NCBI RefSeq assembly: GCF_009914755.1
Contig: NC_060942.1
Source of the DNA: the human T2T-CHM13v2.0 reference genome, Homo sapiens
Reading direction: 5' to 3' (one strand)
Length of the DNA stretch: 64,000 nucleotides
Made by a program: the position numbers and the translations under genes. Below, one piece after another: positions 13,585 to 31,472 of the stretch. The stretch's first letter is position 1; the number at the start of each line of letters is the position of its first letter. Under the pieces are notes generated by a model, which saw only the letters and a program-made list of their open reading frames with translations, ran no database searches and was not told where the DNA came from.

Positions 13585-13615
13585 TATACTTTAAGTTCTG
13601 GGATACATGTGCAGA
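13585..13615 (-). mobile_element. Extremely 5'-truncated L1PA 3' tip (~31 bp)
   Basis: TATACTTTAAGTTCTGGGATACATGTGCAGA is the reverse L1PA7/8-type terminus; flanked by AG(T)nAAATA repeats. Confidence 0.75.
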
Positions 13616-13865
13616 AGTTTTTAAATAACAACAGTCTGAATGTCCGGCTTTTTTCTGACCATTTCTCAAAGATTTCAGACAGATCCTCTTATAAAGAAAA
13701 GGTCTGAAGATGTATTCTCTTTTAGCACTTGCTAAAATTTTTTGTTCATAGCTGTTCCCACTGATAACATTTGAAGAAAGGGTAATTCTTCTACAGGTCT
13801 TTATTTGATCTACTCAGGTAGCATCTAAGTATAATTGTGAAATATTTTACGGGGTAGCATCTCCT

Positions 13866-14163
13866 CTTGGAAAAAATCTTGATAATGATTCTAGTAAAAC
13901 CTTAGTAAATTTTCATGAAAGAGGCCAAAGTAGAGTATTATCCTAAGAATTGAGAATTCAAAACTTTGGGGATTATTTGAAATTTTATGCATGAACATCT
14001 ATCTAGCCACCTAAAAAATAAGTATATTGTTTCATTTGATTACCTCAAAAGCCTTATGAAGTTTGTCAGATGTTTAAAACTTCTTTACTGGTTGAGATTT
14101 TTCAAAAGAAAAAAATTCTTAATTTTTATTATTATAAACTCTAATTTAAAATATCAGTAAAGT
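13866..14163 (+). repeat. Local duplication A, copy 2
   Basis: Offset 1872 bp from copy 1, ~98% identical. Confidence 0.95.
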
Positions 14164-15427
14164 GCAAATTTCTCAAATGACTAATTCTAATGAAATTATT
14201 TGTGACTTTAATTGGCACAGTGCCTGCTGGCAATGCCTCTGTTTCTTTTAAAATATAAGATACATTGCTCTTCAAAAATTGTTTTGTACAATGAACACAC
14301 TATCTGTAGCATCATTAAGAAACAAAAGCCTCATGGAATAGGTGTCATTATTCTCATTTTGCAATGAGACTCTGAAAACTGAAGAGTTATTCCCAAGGAC
14401 ACACAGCTGATATTTTAACCAAGGTCTCCTGTTTCAAACACAACCACACATGATATTTAGACGGGACATTATTTATAACCAATATTGGTTTAATGAGAGT
14501 ACTGAATATGGCTTAAATTAATATTAGCAAAATTAACAACTTTGACATTGATAACTGGTGTGGTTGATATTAATGTCAATAATAAATAAAGAGAAGGAGA
14601 AGGTTAATTTTGAAGGAATGCTGAGATGTTGGAAAGCGATAAAATCTTAAGCATAAAAAAAGAACCCTTTTCTGAAGGGCACATTTGTAAGAGGCATGCC
14701 AGTTGGTTGATATTCTGAATCATTGCCAGGATGATCGCATGCTCATGGGTGCTTAGATAAGGATCCATTTCTCCCAGCAGGGTCGACCATTGCTCAAACA
14801 CCCGAGATTGAGATTATCTCTGTCCTTGATGTTCTAGCCCCTGGGGTCAGGAGTTCAGCTTGGAAGCAGGTCCTCAATTATCCCTTTACAAGAGATTCTC
14901 AGTGTAGCACCCTTAACACTTCCTGATTTCATGTTGTCTGCCTTTTGATCTATAACTGTGTATGAGTTTTGTCAAAACATAGGGAGTCAGGGGGAATCAG
15001 GCTGTTATAAAAAACCAGGCCAATTAGGTCATTCAACCCCTCTTAAAAATCACCCATGATGGCAATTTGGTCATCATTTAACTAAATAAAATCAAGAAGA
15101 ATTACGGTATGGCTACGAAGCTGTATCTAACATCTAAATTAAGTACTTATCTCTTTTCCTCTCTTTATTTCTACTTTTAAAATATGTCTTAGAGGTTCAG
15201 AAGCTTCCAGTCAAAGTATACAAAAGAATTATTAACTATTATTTCTCCCCACAGATTGTGCCTCACATAAGCTTGGAGTTGCACAGTAGAACTCGGTGGC
15301 AGAGGGACCCTTGCTTGGGCTTTGTCTGGAGAACTCCAGCTCCCAGCTTATCCTTCTGGATCCTGGTCCTTGTTTAGCCTCATCACTTAGCCACCCTGGG
15401 CTACATTTTCTTTACTGGCAAAATGAA

Positions 15428-15690
15428 ATAGAATAAGTAAGACCTACTATTTGATAGCACAACAGGGTAATCATAGTCAATAATAACAATTGTGCATTTT
15501 AAAATAACTTAAAGAGTATAATTGGATTGTTTGTAAGTCAAAGGATAAACGCATGAGGGGATGGATGCCCCATTGCCTATGATGTGCTTATCCCACATTC
15601 CATGCCTGTATCAAAACATCTCTTGTATCGCATAAATGTAAACACCTACTATGTACCCACAAACATGAAAAATTTAAAAAAATTTAAAGA
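15428..15690 (+). mobile_element. L1MA1/2-like 3' fragment
   Basis: GACCTACTATTTGATAGCACAACAGGG...CACCTACTATGTACCCAC plus A-rich tail. Confidence 0.8.
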
Positions 15691-18303
15691 AAATTTAGAA
15701 GTGAAGAAGAAACCCAGAGTAAAGAAGATGGACGAAATAATAGAACTCTAAATCATTTTCCACTTCCACATTCTATATTTTCCAAATGATTGCAGGGAAA
15801 ACAGCTTCTCACTTTCACTGAAGCTCTCCTACTGTCACTTATGCCCACATGGAGGTTGGGTGCATCTAAATGTAAGGGAAGGTGCCAGGAAGGTGAGAAG
15901 AAATCTCCAGGTCAATCAAAGCCCAGTCTGTGATTTCCTGTCTGTCTTGAAAATGGGGATTTCCCAAGCTTCAGAACCAGCCTCACTCATTAGGGATAAC
16001 AATCAGGGTAATTAACAATGGGTGTGCACTGCACAATCAGAAAGACCCAATGGTATTTGGCAATGAAAAGTTTTATACAGGAACTGTTGGCTCCCTTTTG
16101 TCTGTGGTTAGGTAAAGATGAAAAATAGAAAAGTCAATTAAAATTATCCTAGAAACTCTTTATTACTTTAAAATAAGAGGAGTGAAAATAACCCCGGACT
16201 ATGTAATGCATCTGAGGACATTAACTAATAGCTATTAGTTTTTGCAGTATGTTTACTGAACCCTGTAAAATGAGATGGTCATTTATAGAACTTCCTCTTT
16301 CCAGAAAATTCTGTGACTACCTAAGCAGCTTGACTGTCCCTTGTGAGGAAAGGGCGTGTTTTTTGAGTGCACAGGCCCTGCAGTGTCTCCCATGAGGTAC
16401 TGTGTGGGAGAGAAACTCAGTCTTAGCCAAATCACTGTCCCACAGTGAAGTAAGTACCTTATATGACCTAGAAGAGGATAAATCAAGTAACCTTAAATTC
16501 ATGAGAACTGCTTTTGTTTCTAGCAGCAATCAGAGGGTTGAGAAGATGTGGGCTGGATGAGGAGCCAAGGTACTGTATACTAATGCTAGGACTGTCCTAG
16601 GCCCCAGGAAATAAGAAGAGGAACTCGGCCAACAACGGGGCAGCCCTGAATGGAGCTCACGGTTTAGCAAAGGAGGCTGATTTAAGGGAGTAGGCCTACA
16701 CTGTGACTTCCTGGCAGTGCTGACCTTGGAATTGCCCAAGAATCAGAGATAGCCTTAAAATTGTGACAAGGCAACGAGGGAGAAGTACAAGGCCCAGAGG
16801 AAAATGGGTTGGTCGATGTTTGGTGGCATAAGGACTCCCACAACATCCATCTGCAGAACCTCAGAGGAGTCAGTAGGAACCCTTAGAATTAATCACAGGA
16901 ATGAGTGTTGCCATTTTCCAGGTCTCTATGATATGCTTGTGGCCAGGCACTTCCCATACATCATCTCACTTAAAATAAGGGTCAGACACTTGACACTCCA
17001 CTTTTGAAAGGTTGATGACCCATAATTAGAGTGTGCGGGAGGGGTCCCTACTTAAAGTTTGGATACAGAACATGCTTTCATTCACAAGAAAAGAATGAGA
17101 ATCAGGATTTCAAGTGTGCTAATGCCTTATTAAATTGTCCTAATAATCCATTGTTTATATGCAGAGATGTGATAACTGACTGACAGACTCTCAGGACCAT
17201 ATAATTGTGGGATTGTTTCACTAGCAATGAGAGTAAGTTTGGTCTCTTATAAAATCTGCCAGCTAGGCAGATGGCTGGTGGTCATGGGGCAGCATGGTGC
17301 CATGGAACACAGACTCATGGCTTGAGTGTCCCAATTCCCTGCCCCACCGCTTGGCCACTGGGTTGGGGGCAGCATGACTATAATTGATTTGCTTCAGTAT
17401 CAAGCTCAGAAGTGTGGCCTCATTCTCATGACCAGACATTGTATCACTGGGACTTGAGTTTGGGGACTGTGTAATTTTACTGATGTCACGATGGTTTTAT
17501 AAGCCACTGTGTAAAAAGTTAAATGCAAGTATTTAAATCTCCACTAAATGTGGATTTTTCTGCTCAACTAATAAAAACAGCTTAGTCAACTAATCAAAGG
17601 ATTAGTTTTAGGAGACCTAAAAATAGAGCGCCATGTGCCACTAGCATCTTTGTCCAGTATCCCTGATGATTAATAATCAATTTAAAAGAGATATTTGTGG
17701 AGAATTTATTAGAATCCATGCAATGCTATTCACCAGCACACTTTCTCATTTTTTTCTTCAAGACATTTAAATAATAGAAAAAAATACAAAATTAGAAAAA
17801 AATATTAAAATATTTCCAGCATACTTACATTTGATATTAAATTCTAACCAAAATTTGACCAGAGCAAAAGAGAATTGCAAAACCACATGACTATTCCAAT
17901 CATATGAGTGGGCAGGGTAGAAAAAGTCGGGGGGCAAATAGAATAAATGGTAAGAGACAGCATATAATTCATAATGTCCATAAAAATAGTTGTCCTTTAA
18001 ACCAAAAGTTGTAATAATGCCTAAAATAAGTCATTGTGTAAGGAATTTTAACAGGGCCAAAATCTGCTATGCCTCTTAAATTACTAACAAACATTTGGAC
18101 TTGTTTTGGAGTGGTTTTTTTTTGAACAAATGGTTTAAAGATTTCATTGAATTTCCTCCTACATAATACTTAACTTTTGACATATGGTCAGCTAAAAATA
18201 TTTTGGATTTTATTAAATATTGATTGTGGAGAGGTAGGTCATGGAAAGAAGGCATGGGTGGGGGCAGATTCTTTGCCTTTTTCTCCTTAAATCTATGGGC
18301 AGG

Positions 18304-18622
<319 letters not shown>

Positions 18623-19089
18623 CTATGGGCAGGTTCCACTGAGACCCCTGAGAATGCTGACCCATTAGAGTCCCACCCTCTTGGCTATCCTGGTGCCCCT
18701 TTGACTAACGGTGCTTCTCTCTACTTTTCTTTTTAAGGAACTAGAAGAGAGACACCAGTATTTCATGTGCACTAAATTAGGGTAGGGTTTTGAGAGATAA
18801 AGGCAAGGGGAGGAGGAGTGTGCATTTCAGGAAGGAAACAAAGTGAACAATTGTGGGCATGGGGTCAGGAGGAAGGAGCAGCTTACAGAAGAGCAGTTTG
18901 GCTGGTGAAAAGACATGAGGTGATAGAAGAAAAGGAAGGGGAAGGAAGGTTAGGGCACACTAGTAAGCTCTCCACCACGATTCAATTATATGACCTCAGC
19001 TATTAAACTGTCACTCTGATATCCTCCTCTAATATTTTTTTCACCTCTCACATTTTCAGTGGAATCATACGGACTTGGATATTGTTGTC

Positions 19090-19420
19090 ATGGAAAACCA
19101 TGGGACTTGAGATAAAGATTCAGGAATCATTCATATGAAGGTGATACATAAAGCAGTGGTTGGTAAATTTACCAAAGGATAATGTGAGGGGAGAGAAGGC
19201 AAGAAGATCAAGAGCAAAATTTAGGGTCGCATCCATAGTCAGAGGTAGGAAAGAAGAGGAACTGCCAAGGAGATTGAAGCATCACACTGAGAGGAAGGGG
19301 GAGAACCAGGATAGGGTCTTCCCAACAGGGTCACCTACCACAAGATACCAAGGAAGATGAAAAATGGGCGGAGGAAATTGGATTTGGCAAGTAAGGTATG
19401 ACTCCTGATCTTTAAGATAA
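19090..19420 (-). mobile_element. L2 fragment
   Basis: Purine-rich antisense L2 motifs; boundaries approximate. Confidence 0.5.
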
Positions 19421-19496
19421 CACAGTAATAAGCATGACTAAGGAAAACCACCCCACAGATCTGGACCACACTGAGAGATGAGGTAAGATGAACTTC

Positions 19497-19609
19497 TGCC
19501 TGTAATCTCAGCTCCTAAGGAGGCTGAGGCAGGAGGATAGCTTGAGGCCAGGAGTTTGAAACCAGCTTAGGCAATATAGCAAGAGTCCTATCCAAAAAAA
19601 AAAAAAAAT
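19497..19609 (+). mobile_element. Alu monomer (FLAM-like)
   Basis: Single arm with A-tail; TSD AGATGAACTTC/AGACGAACCTC. Confidence 0.85.
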
Positions 19610-20669
19610 AGACGAACCTCCCAGGGCCTCTAGTTCTCAGGTGTAGTGCTCTAGGTAATATGCAAGCTTGAGAAGCCCAGGTGAAATGCTACCAAACTGA
19701 AGCTCCTTAGAGGAGCCAAACCACCTGTTCACTATCTGGACTGATTTTATACCGTTAGAGTTCACCAGACCGAGGAGGAGTTAGACCATGTCTATCTCAC
19801 AATCCATGTCTTAGCTCTAAGGGAAAAGAAGAGAGCCCACAGTGATGGTGCCTGATTTAGGAAAAGTTTCAGTGTGTCTTCCTTAGGGTCCCTTTGTCCA
19901 AGCTTTTCTTCAGAAGCAGGGAAAACAGAAAAATATTTAGGAACAAATGGAGATGCCAGAGAGGAAGAAGTGGGGATTAAGGAAGAATAAGGGTAGAGGC
20001 GGGAAGGCCGTGAATGCCTGGATGACCTTCCCCCCACCAGAGGTGAAGGGGTGGTGCCGTTGTAAGGTACAAAGGTCCCCTGGAGGGAACCAGTGCTTTC
20101 CTCCCTAAATTGTTCATACCCAATAATAAACACATACCAGATAGCACACACATGGAATGCTGGGGGCTGTTGGAAGCAGACCCAGGCCGTCGGGAATCCC
20201 CTGAACCAAGGCATGAAAAACATTCTCTTCCTTCGCACGTGTAACACTCTCCCAGTATAACTGTTTCTCTTAAAGCCATAGGTGTCTGTTTTTGAGTTTG
20301 CTCCTTGGAGACAGAAACAGGATTACAATATATGGTGTTTTTTCCTCATTTCCTGCTATAGGCTGTTTTAAGTTTCTGTGACAGCTTTTCTATATATTTC
20401 TTCCTTCAAATGGTGAATCTATGTATGGCCATGTTAATGACTGGGACATAGACTTAAAATGGGAATGCTTAGGAAATGGAATGTTCTTTAACCAGTATTG
20501 TTTCATCTGCTATTATTGGGGAAAAAGAAATCTCTCTACAGATTTCAAACCCACTTTGCTGGTGCAATGGAATGATCAAATAGACTCTCTCTTTGAAGAT
20601 CTGGCATCTTGTCCAGCCTCAGAGTCATTATTTAGATTATCATTTGGGTCATCGGTGACCTCAGTGCTG

Positions 20670-20885
20670 TGGACCCTGGGAGAAGGACTGAGGATTAGAG
20701 CCAGAAGACGTGGGTTTCAGGATTGGCTCTACTTAGTAGCTGGGAGATTCTAGGCAAATTGCTTTTTTAAAAAAATTCAAAATTCTCTAAATCTGTTTCC
20801 TCCTCTGAAGAGTGAGAATAAGACGCAAACCTACCTACTTCTCAGGATTATGTGAAGATTACAAAAATCCTCTGTGAAAGCATTT
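20670..20885 (+). mobile_element. MIR SINE
   Basis: AGAGCCAGAAGACGTGGGTTTC...TGTTTCCTCCTCTG...ACCTACTTCTCAGGATTATGTGAAGATTA. Confidence 0.65.
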
Positions 20886-21617
20886 CCATCAACCTCAAAC
20901 TCTCCACAACTCTAAGAGCTGGAGGCACCTGAAACCAGGCTGAATCTGTACAAATGGGACAGGTGGGTTCTAAAAGTTCATTTATAAAAGGAACCTCCCA
21001 AGTGAGTCTAACTTCTTGTTCTTTATCTCTTTGTCCTGTAAGGGGCCACTGGAAAAAAATGAGTCAAAGTTTTCCATTCAAGTGAATTTTCAGATAGTTG
21101 TCTGCATCCTCACAGAACAGACAAAGAAATCAAGACTTTACAAGTTGTTTATTTGTTTTAAAGTGACTTTTCCCAAATCTTGCAGCTAGCAACTGTCAGT
21201 GTCGGGATTCGCATCTGAACTTAAGACCTGCAGGGAGAGGCTGCTGGAATTTCTGCTTTTCATAAAGCCCTGAAGAGCGTGAACAAAAAGACAATGGAGG
21301 AACATGAGTCAAGCCCTGTAGCAGGACCTAGACTCTGAGGTGAGGGCCACCCCTGAAGCTCCAGGCTTCAGGGGCAGCACTCAGGAGAGGCACTTCTTCT
21401 GATGGGAGAAAACTGAATGGGACATTTGCAGTAAGGGGTGCTGGTGGGTACTACATGTGGGGCCACACTCGAGCTGCCTTCTCAGTCAACCCCTTTGGCA
21501 GCTTGGGCCAAGTCTCTTTGAAGAGGAAGACTGTGATATCTGAACTCGTGAGTTCACAGAGTGCTCACCTGGAGACTTTGTGAGAAACAGACTGGGAAGA
21601 TCTCTGTAAAAGAATCA

Positions 21618-22040
<423 letters not shown>

Positions 22041-22445
22041 TCACGAGGACAGTCTATGGGAAGACACTGCCTGAGCACGCTGGTCCCCCATTGACATGTG
22101 GCCTTCGAGACAATTACTGCACACCACGCCCTTGCAGTTGAAGCAGGAAAGAGTAACACAAGGTATTTTGATTGCACATGGAATATTTTCTCGCTTCTTC
22201 ATCTCATTCTTTTTCTAAGAGCAATGCCTAGGTTTCATTCAAAGGTTCAGAAACCTAAACTTTAGTTTTCCTCATTATTCACCCCTTAGAAATGTGACCA
22301 TTGTTTCCCTCTTGCTACGACCCCACTGCCCTGAGAGAAGACCGTGTGATGCGCGGGCACAAGCAGAGGCTTTGCCAGCAGGCAGGAGTGGGTCTGATGT
22401 CTGGCCCTGACTTTTACCACCCCTTTAATTTCAGAAAGCCATTCA

Positions 22446-22789
<344 letters not shown>

Positions 22790-22852
22790 TCATCGAGTTG
22801 TTGAAAAGACTACATGCAGTAAGTCTGTCTGGTGCTTCATGAGTACCTACTA

Positions 22853-23212
<360 letters not shown>

Positions 23213-24171
23213 AAAAACAGGACTTAAGATGAGTCTTCAACCAGTCTCAGGGGACTGCAACTTTTCTGTGTAAACAATGCCTAACTGTGTAAGAATTGTC
23301 GTATAGAATTAATTGCCCATCCTCTTCCTCTGTCTCCACATCAAAGCATCTGAGATTTCTGCTTTACCCCCAATAAGACCGGTCCGCTGTCAGGTTCTCT
23401 CAAAATCTTCTTTCTTCAAATTTGAATTTCACATCATTATTTACTACTCCACCCTTTTCTAACATCTGCTAATTCTTCCTTTCAATTCCCCTACCTTTGC
23501 AGGGTAGTTTTTTTTCCCCCCAGGGAAATTCACATTCTCCTGTTAATAATTCATAAATGTTGCCAGACACAGATGAATGAAACCATTTCCCATTCATGTC
23601 CTGCTTTCCAGGGATGCTGTGAGAATTAGTTAGATGACATCTGCAATTCACAGCCCGCTCTAAGAGAAACATGATATATTCACATCACATTTAACAGAAC
23701 ATTCTTTCAATGCAAGGCAAATAACTGCTGCCATACGCCTGCTTCAAATGGGCCCAACCCCTGCCCCTGGGGACCTCTTATAAACCCGTCACCTGTAGCA
23801 GCTTAACTCTTCTTTAGGTGTGTACAATTCCACTGAACAGTAGTGAATTTCTGATTAGCAATATTGTCAAATGAGTGGTATTCTTTCCCCCAAATTTGAA
23901 TCTAACAGGGTGCCCAGACACTTAGTCAAATGTCCCTGTCTCACTATTTCTACTCTACCCACCTCCTCCCTGCATTTCATGACAGGTGGAGATTTCCTTT
24001 CCTCTGGACAAAGAGACCGGTTCCATGGTGGACCCTGACTCATCCTTGAACTTTTCCAGCCGCTGCAGTATTTTCTTAGGCCTGATCACCACTTTCTGTT
24101 TTTATGGAATTTCAACCTTAGTATCAAACTCATGCCACAAAAATAGAATTTAGCTATAATAAGAAACTAGG

Positions 24172-24487
<316 letters not shown>

Positions 24488-24807
24488 TCAGTGGCCATTA
24501 TTCCTACCTGTGAAGACTTAAAACATAAATTTGATATTTGGATGAGACTGGCCTTTACCATAATATTAATAACATTTGTTCACAGAAAATGGCATAGCAT
24601 TGACCACAGTTTGTAATTAGATAGTATGTGATTTTCTTTCTTTCTTTTTTTTTTTCTTCTTAACTATCTGCCTCTCTTGCATGCTATTGTACCTATAACT
24701 CTGGACTGAGAGGAAACACCTTCTAGAAACAGGCAGTGCCCAGAGAGAGAAGCACAGGTCCACGCAGGCAGCCAAAGCCATCTTCTTGGTTGAAAGATAC
24801 TCTTTTC

Positions 24808-25716
24808 GGGGGGAGGAGCCAAGATGGCCGAGTAGGAACAGCTCCGGTCTACAGCTCCCAGCGTGAGCGACAAAGAAGACGGGTGATTTCTGCATTTGCA
24901 TCTGAGGTACCCGGTTCATCTCACTAGGGAGTGCCAGACAGTGGGCGCAGGTCAGTGGGTGCGCGCACCGTGCGCAAGCCGAAGCAGGGCGAGGCATTGC
25001 CTCACCTGGGAAGCGCAAGGGGTCAGGGAGTTCCCTTTCTGAGTCAAAGAAAGGGGTGACGGACGGCACCTGGAAAATCGGGTCACTCCCACCCGAATAC
25101 CGCGCTTTTCCGACGGGCTTAAAAAACGGCGCACTGTGAGATTATATCCCGCACCTGGCTCGGAGGGTCCTACGCCCACGGAGTCTCGCTGATTGCTAGC
25201 AGAGCAGTCTGAGATCAAACTGCAAGGCGGCAGCGAGGCTGGGGGAGGGGCACCCGCCATTGCCCAGGCTTGATTAGGTAAATAAAGCAGCCGGGAAGCT
25301 CCAACTGGGTGGAGCCCACCACAGCTCAAGGAGGCCTGCCTGCCTCTGTAGGCTCCACCTCTGGGGGCAGGACACAGACAAACAAAAAGACAGCAGTAAC
25401 CTCTGCAGACTTAAATGTCCCTGTCTGACAGCTTTGAAGAGAGCAGTGGTTCTCCCAGCACGCAGCTGGAGATCTGAGAAGGGGCAGACTGCCTCCTTAA
25501 GTGGGTCCCTGACCCCTGACCCCCGAGCAGCCTAACTGGGAGGCACCCCCCAGCAGGGGCACACTGACACCTCACACAGCAGGGTACTCCAACAGACCTG
25601 CAGCTGAGGGTCCTCTCTGTTAGAAGGAAAACTAACAAACAGAAAGGACATCCACACCAAAAACCCATCTGTACATCACCATCATCAAAGACCAAAAGTA
25701 GATAAAAACCACAAAG
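24808..25716 (+). promoter_or_regulatory. L1 5'UTR internal sense and antisense promoters
   Basis: Intact YY1 site CAAGATGGCCG (24820-24830); CpG-rich; one SOX/SRY site appears mutated (TAAATAAAG near 25280). Confidence 0.85.
24952..25260 (-). CDS. ORF0: L1 antisense ORF0, 102-aa C-terminally extended form
   Basis: ATG at 25260 gives MAGAPPPASLPPCSLISDC..., the ORF0 N-terminus; open to stop at 24952. Confidence 0.65.
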   Translation of the reverse strand: MAGAPPPASLPPCSLISDCSASNQRDSVGVGPSEPGAGYNLTVRRFLSPSEKRGIRVGVTRFSRCRPSPLSLTQKGNSLTPCASQVRQCLALLRLAHGARTH

Positions 25717-26733
25717 ATGGGGAAAAAACAGAACAGAAAAACTTGAAACTCTAAAAAGCAGAGCGCCTCTCCTCCTCCAAAGGAACGCAGTTCCTCACCA
25801 GCAACGGAACAAAGCTGGATGGAGAATGACTTTGACGAGCTGAGAGAAGAAGGCTTCAGACGATCAAATTACTCTGAGCTACGGGAGGACATTCAAACCA
25901 AAGGCAAAGAAGTTGAAAACTTTGAAAAAAATTTAGAAGAATGTATAACTAGAATAACCAATACAGAGAAGTGCTTAAAGGCGCTGATGGAGCTGAAAAC
26001 CAAGGCTCGAGAACTACGTGAAGAATGCAGAAGCCTCAGGAGCCGATGCGATCAACTGGAAGAAAGGGTATCAGCGATGGAAGATGAAATGAATGAAATG
26101 AAGCGAGAAGGGAAGTCTAGAGAAAAAAGAATAAAAAGAAATGAGCAAAGCCTCCAAGAAATATGGGACTATGTGAAAAGACCAAATCTACGTCTGATTG
26201 GTGTACCTGAAAGTGATGCGGAGAATGGAACCAAGTTGGAAAACACTCTGCAGGATATTATCCAGGAGAACTTCCCCAATCTAGCAAGGCAGGCCAACGT
26301 TCAGATTCAGGAAATACAGAGAACGCCACAAAGATACTCCTCGAGAAGAGCAACTCCAAGACACATAATTGTCAGATTCACCAAAGTTGAAATGAAGGAA
26401 AAAATGTTAAGGGCAGCCAGAGAGAAAGGTCGGGTTACCCTCAAAGGGAAGCCCATGAGACTAACAGCGAATCTCTCGGCAGAAACCCTACAAGCCAGAA
26501 GAGAGTGGGGGCCAATATTCAACACTCTTAAAGAAAAGAATTTTCAACCCAGAATTTCATATCCAGCCAAACTAAGCTTCATAAGCGAAGGAGAAATAAA
26601 ATACTTTACAGACAAGCAAATGCTGAGAGATTTTGTCACCACCAGACCTGCCTTACAAGAGCTCCTGAAGGAAGCACGAAACATGGAAAGGAACAACCGG
26701 TACCAGCTGCTGCAAAATTATGCCAAAATGTAA
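25717..26733 (+). pseudogene. ORF1: L1 ORF1 with nonsense codon 10; residual 304-aa frame from Met35 (25819-26733)
   Basis: ATG 25717 reads MGKKQNRKT then TGA at 25744-25746 (consensus GGA); REKG, ARR and YPAKLS motifs intact downstream. Confidence 0.92.
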
Positions 26734-26781
26734 AGACCATCGAGACTAGGAAGAAACTCCATCAACTAACGAGCAAAATAA

Positions 26782-30624
<3,843 letters not shown>

Positions 30625-31156
30625 ACAATGAGATCACATGGACACAGGAAGGGGAATATCACACTCTGGGGACTGTTGTGGGGTGGTAGGAGGGGGGAGG
30701 GATAGCATCGGGAGATATACCTAATGCTAGATGACGAGTTAGTGGGTGCAGCGCACCAGCATGGCACATGTATACATATGTAACTAACCTGCACAATGTG
30801 CACATGTACCCTAAAACTTAAAAGTATAATAAAAAATAATAATAAAAAAAAAACAAAAGAAAACAAAAAAAAAAGAAAGATACCCTTTTCTTCCAACTTA
30901 AATAAAAGGCATAACTAGTTTAAGCAAGGCTATTGGCAGGAATGCATCACCAGCTCAAAGGGCAGGTTTTGATGCCAGCCCCAGGACTCAGTAGCTGAAA
31001 GTTCCACATCCCACACACACAACCAGGCAGAGAGAGGCTTCCCTTCCAGGAAAATGGCATTTCGGTGTCAGTCCCTGCATATTATGTCCGTTAATCTCTT
31101 TCCTTCTTTTTTCTGCTCTTTTACCCTCTTTCCTGACATGGCAAGTGGTGCCAATC

Positions 31157-31169
31157 TTTCTTTTTTCTG

Positions 31170-31200
<31 letters not shown>

Positions 31201-31472
31201 GAGACACAGTCTGCAGTGACTGGATCTCTGCTCATTATAGCCTCAACCTCCCCAGGTGCAAGTGATCCTCCCACCTCAGCACCCCCTGCCCCCACACCGA
31301 GTAGCTGGGACTATAGGCATGCACAACCACGCCTGGCTAATTTTCGTATTTTTTGTAGAGATTGGGTTTCCCCATGTTGCCCAGGCTGGTCTCGAACTCC
31401 TGAGCTCAAGCGATCTGCCCTCCTCGGCCTCCCAAAGTGCTGGGGTTACAGGCATGAACCACCGGGCTGGCC
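31157..31472 (-). mobile_element. AluJ
   Basis: Poly-T plus reverse Alu with J diagnostics (CTCCTGAGCTCAAGCGATC); internal deletion near 31210. Confidence 0.9.

Noticed and set aside
14477-14580. 14-bp palindrome AACCAATATTGGTT and a nearby 12-bp AT-rich stem
   Set aside because: Several such palindromes are expected by chance in 64 kb of AT-rich DNA
19792-20247. 151-aa minus-strand ORF
   Set aside because: Non-ATG start, no domain similarity or exon structure visible
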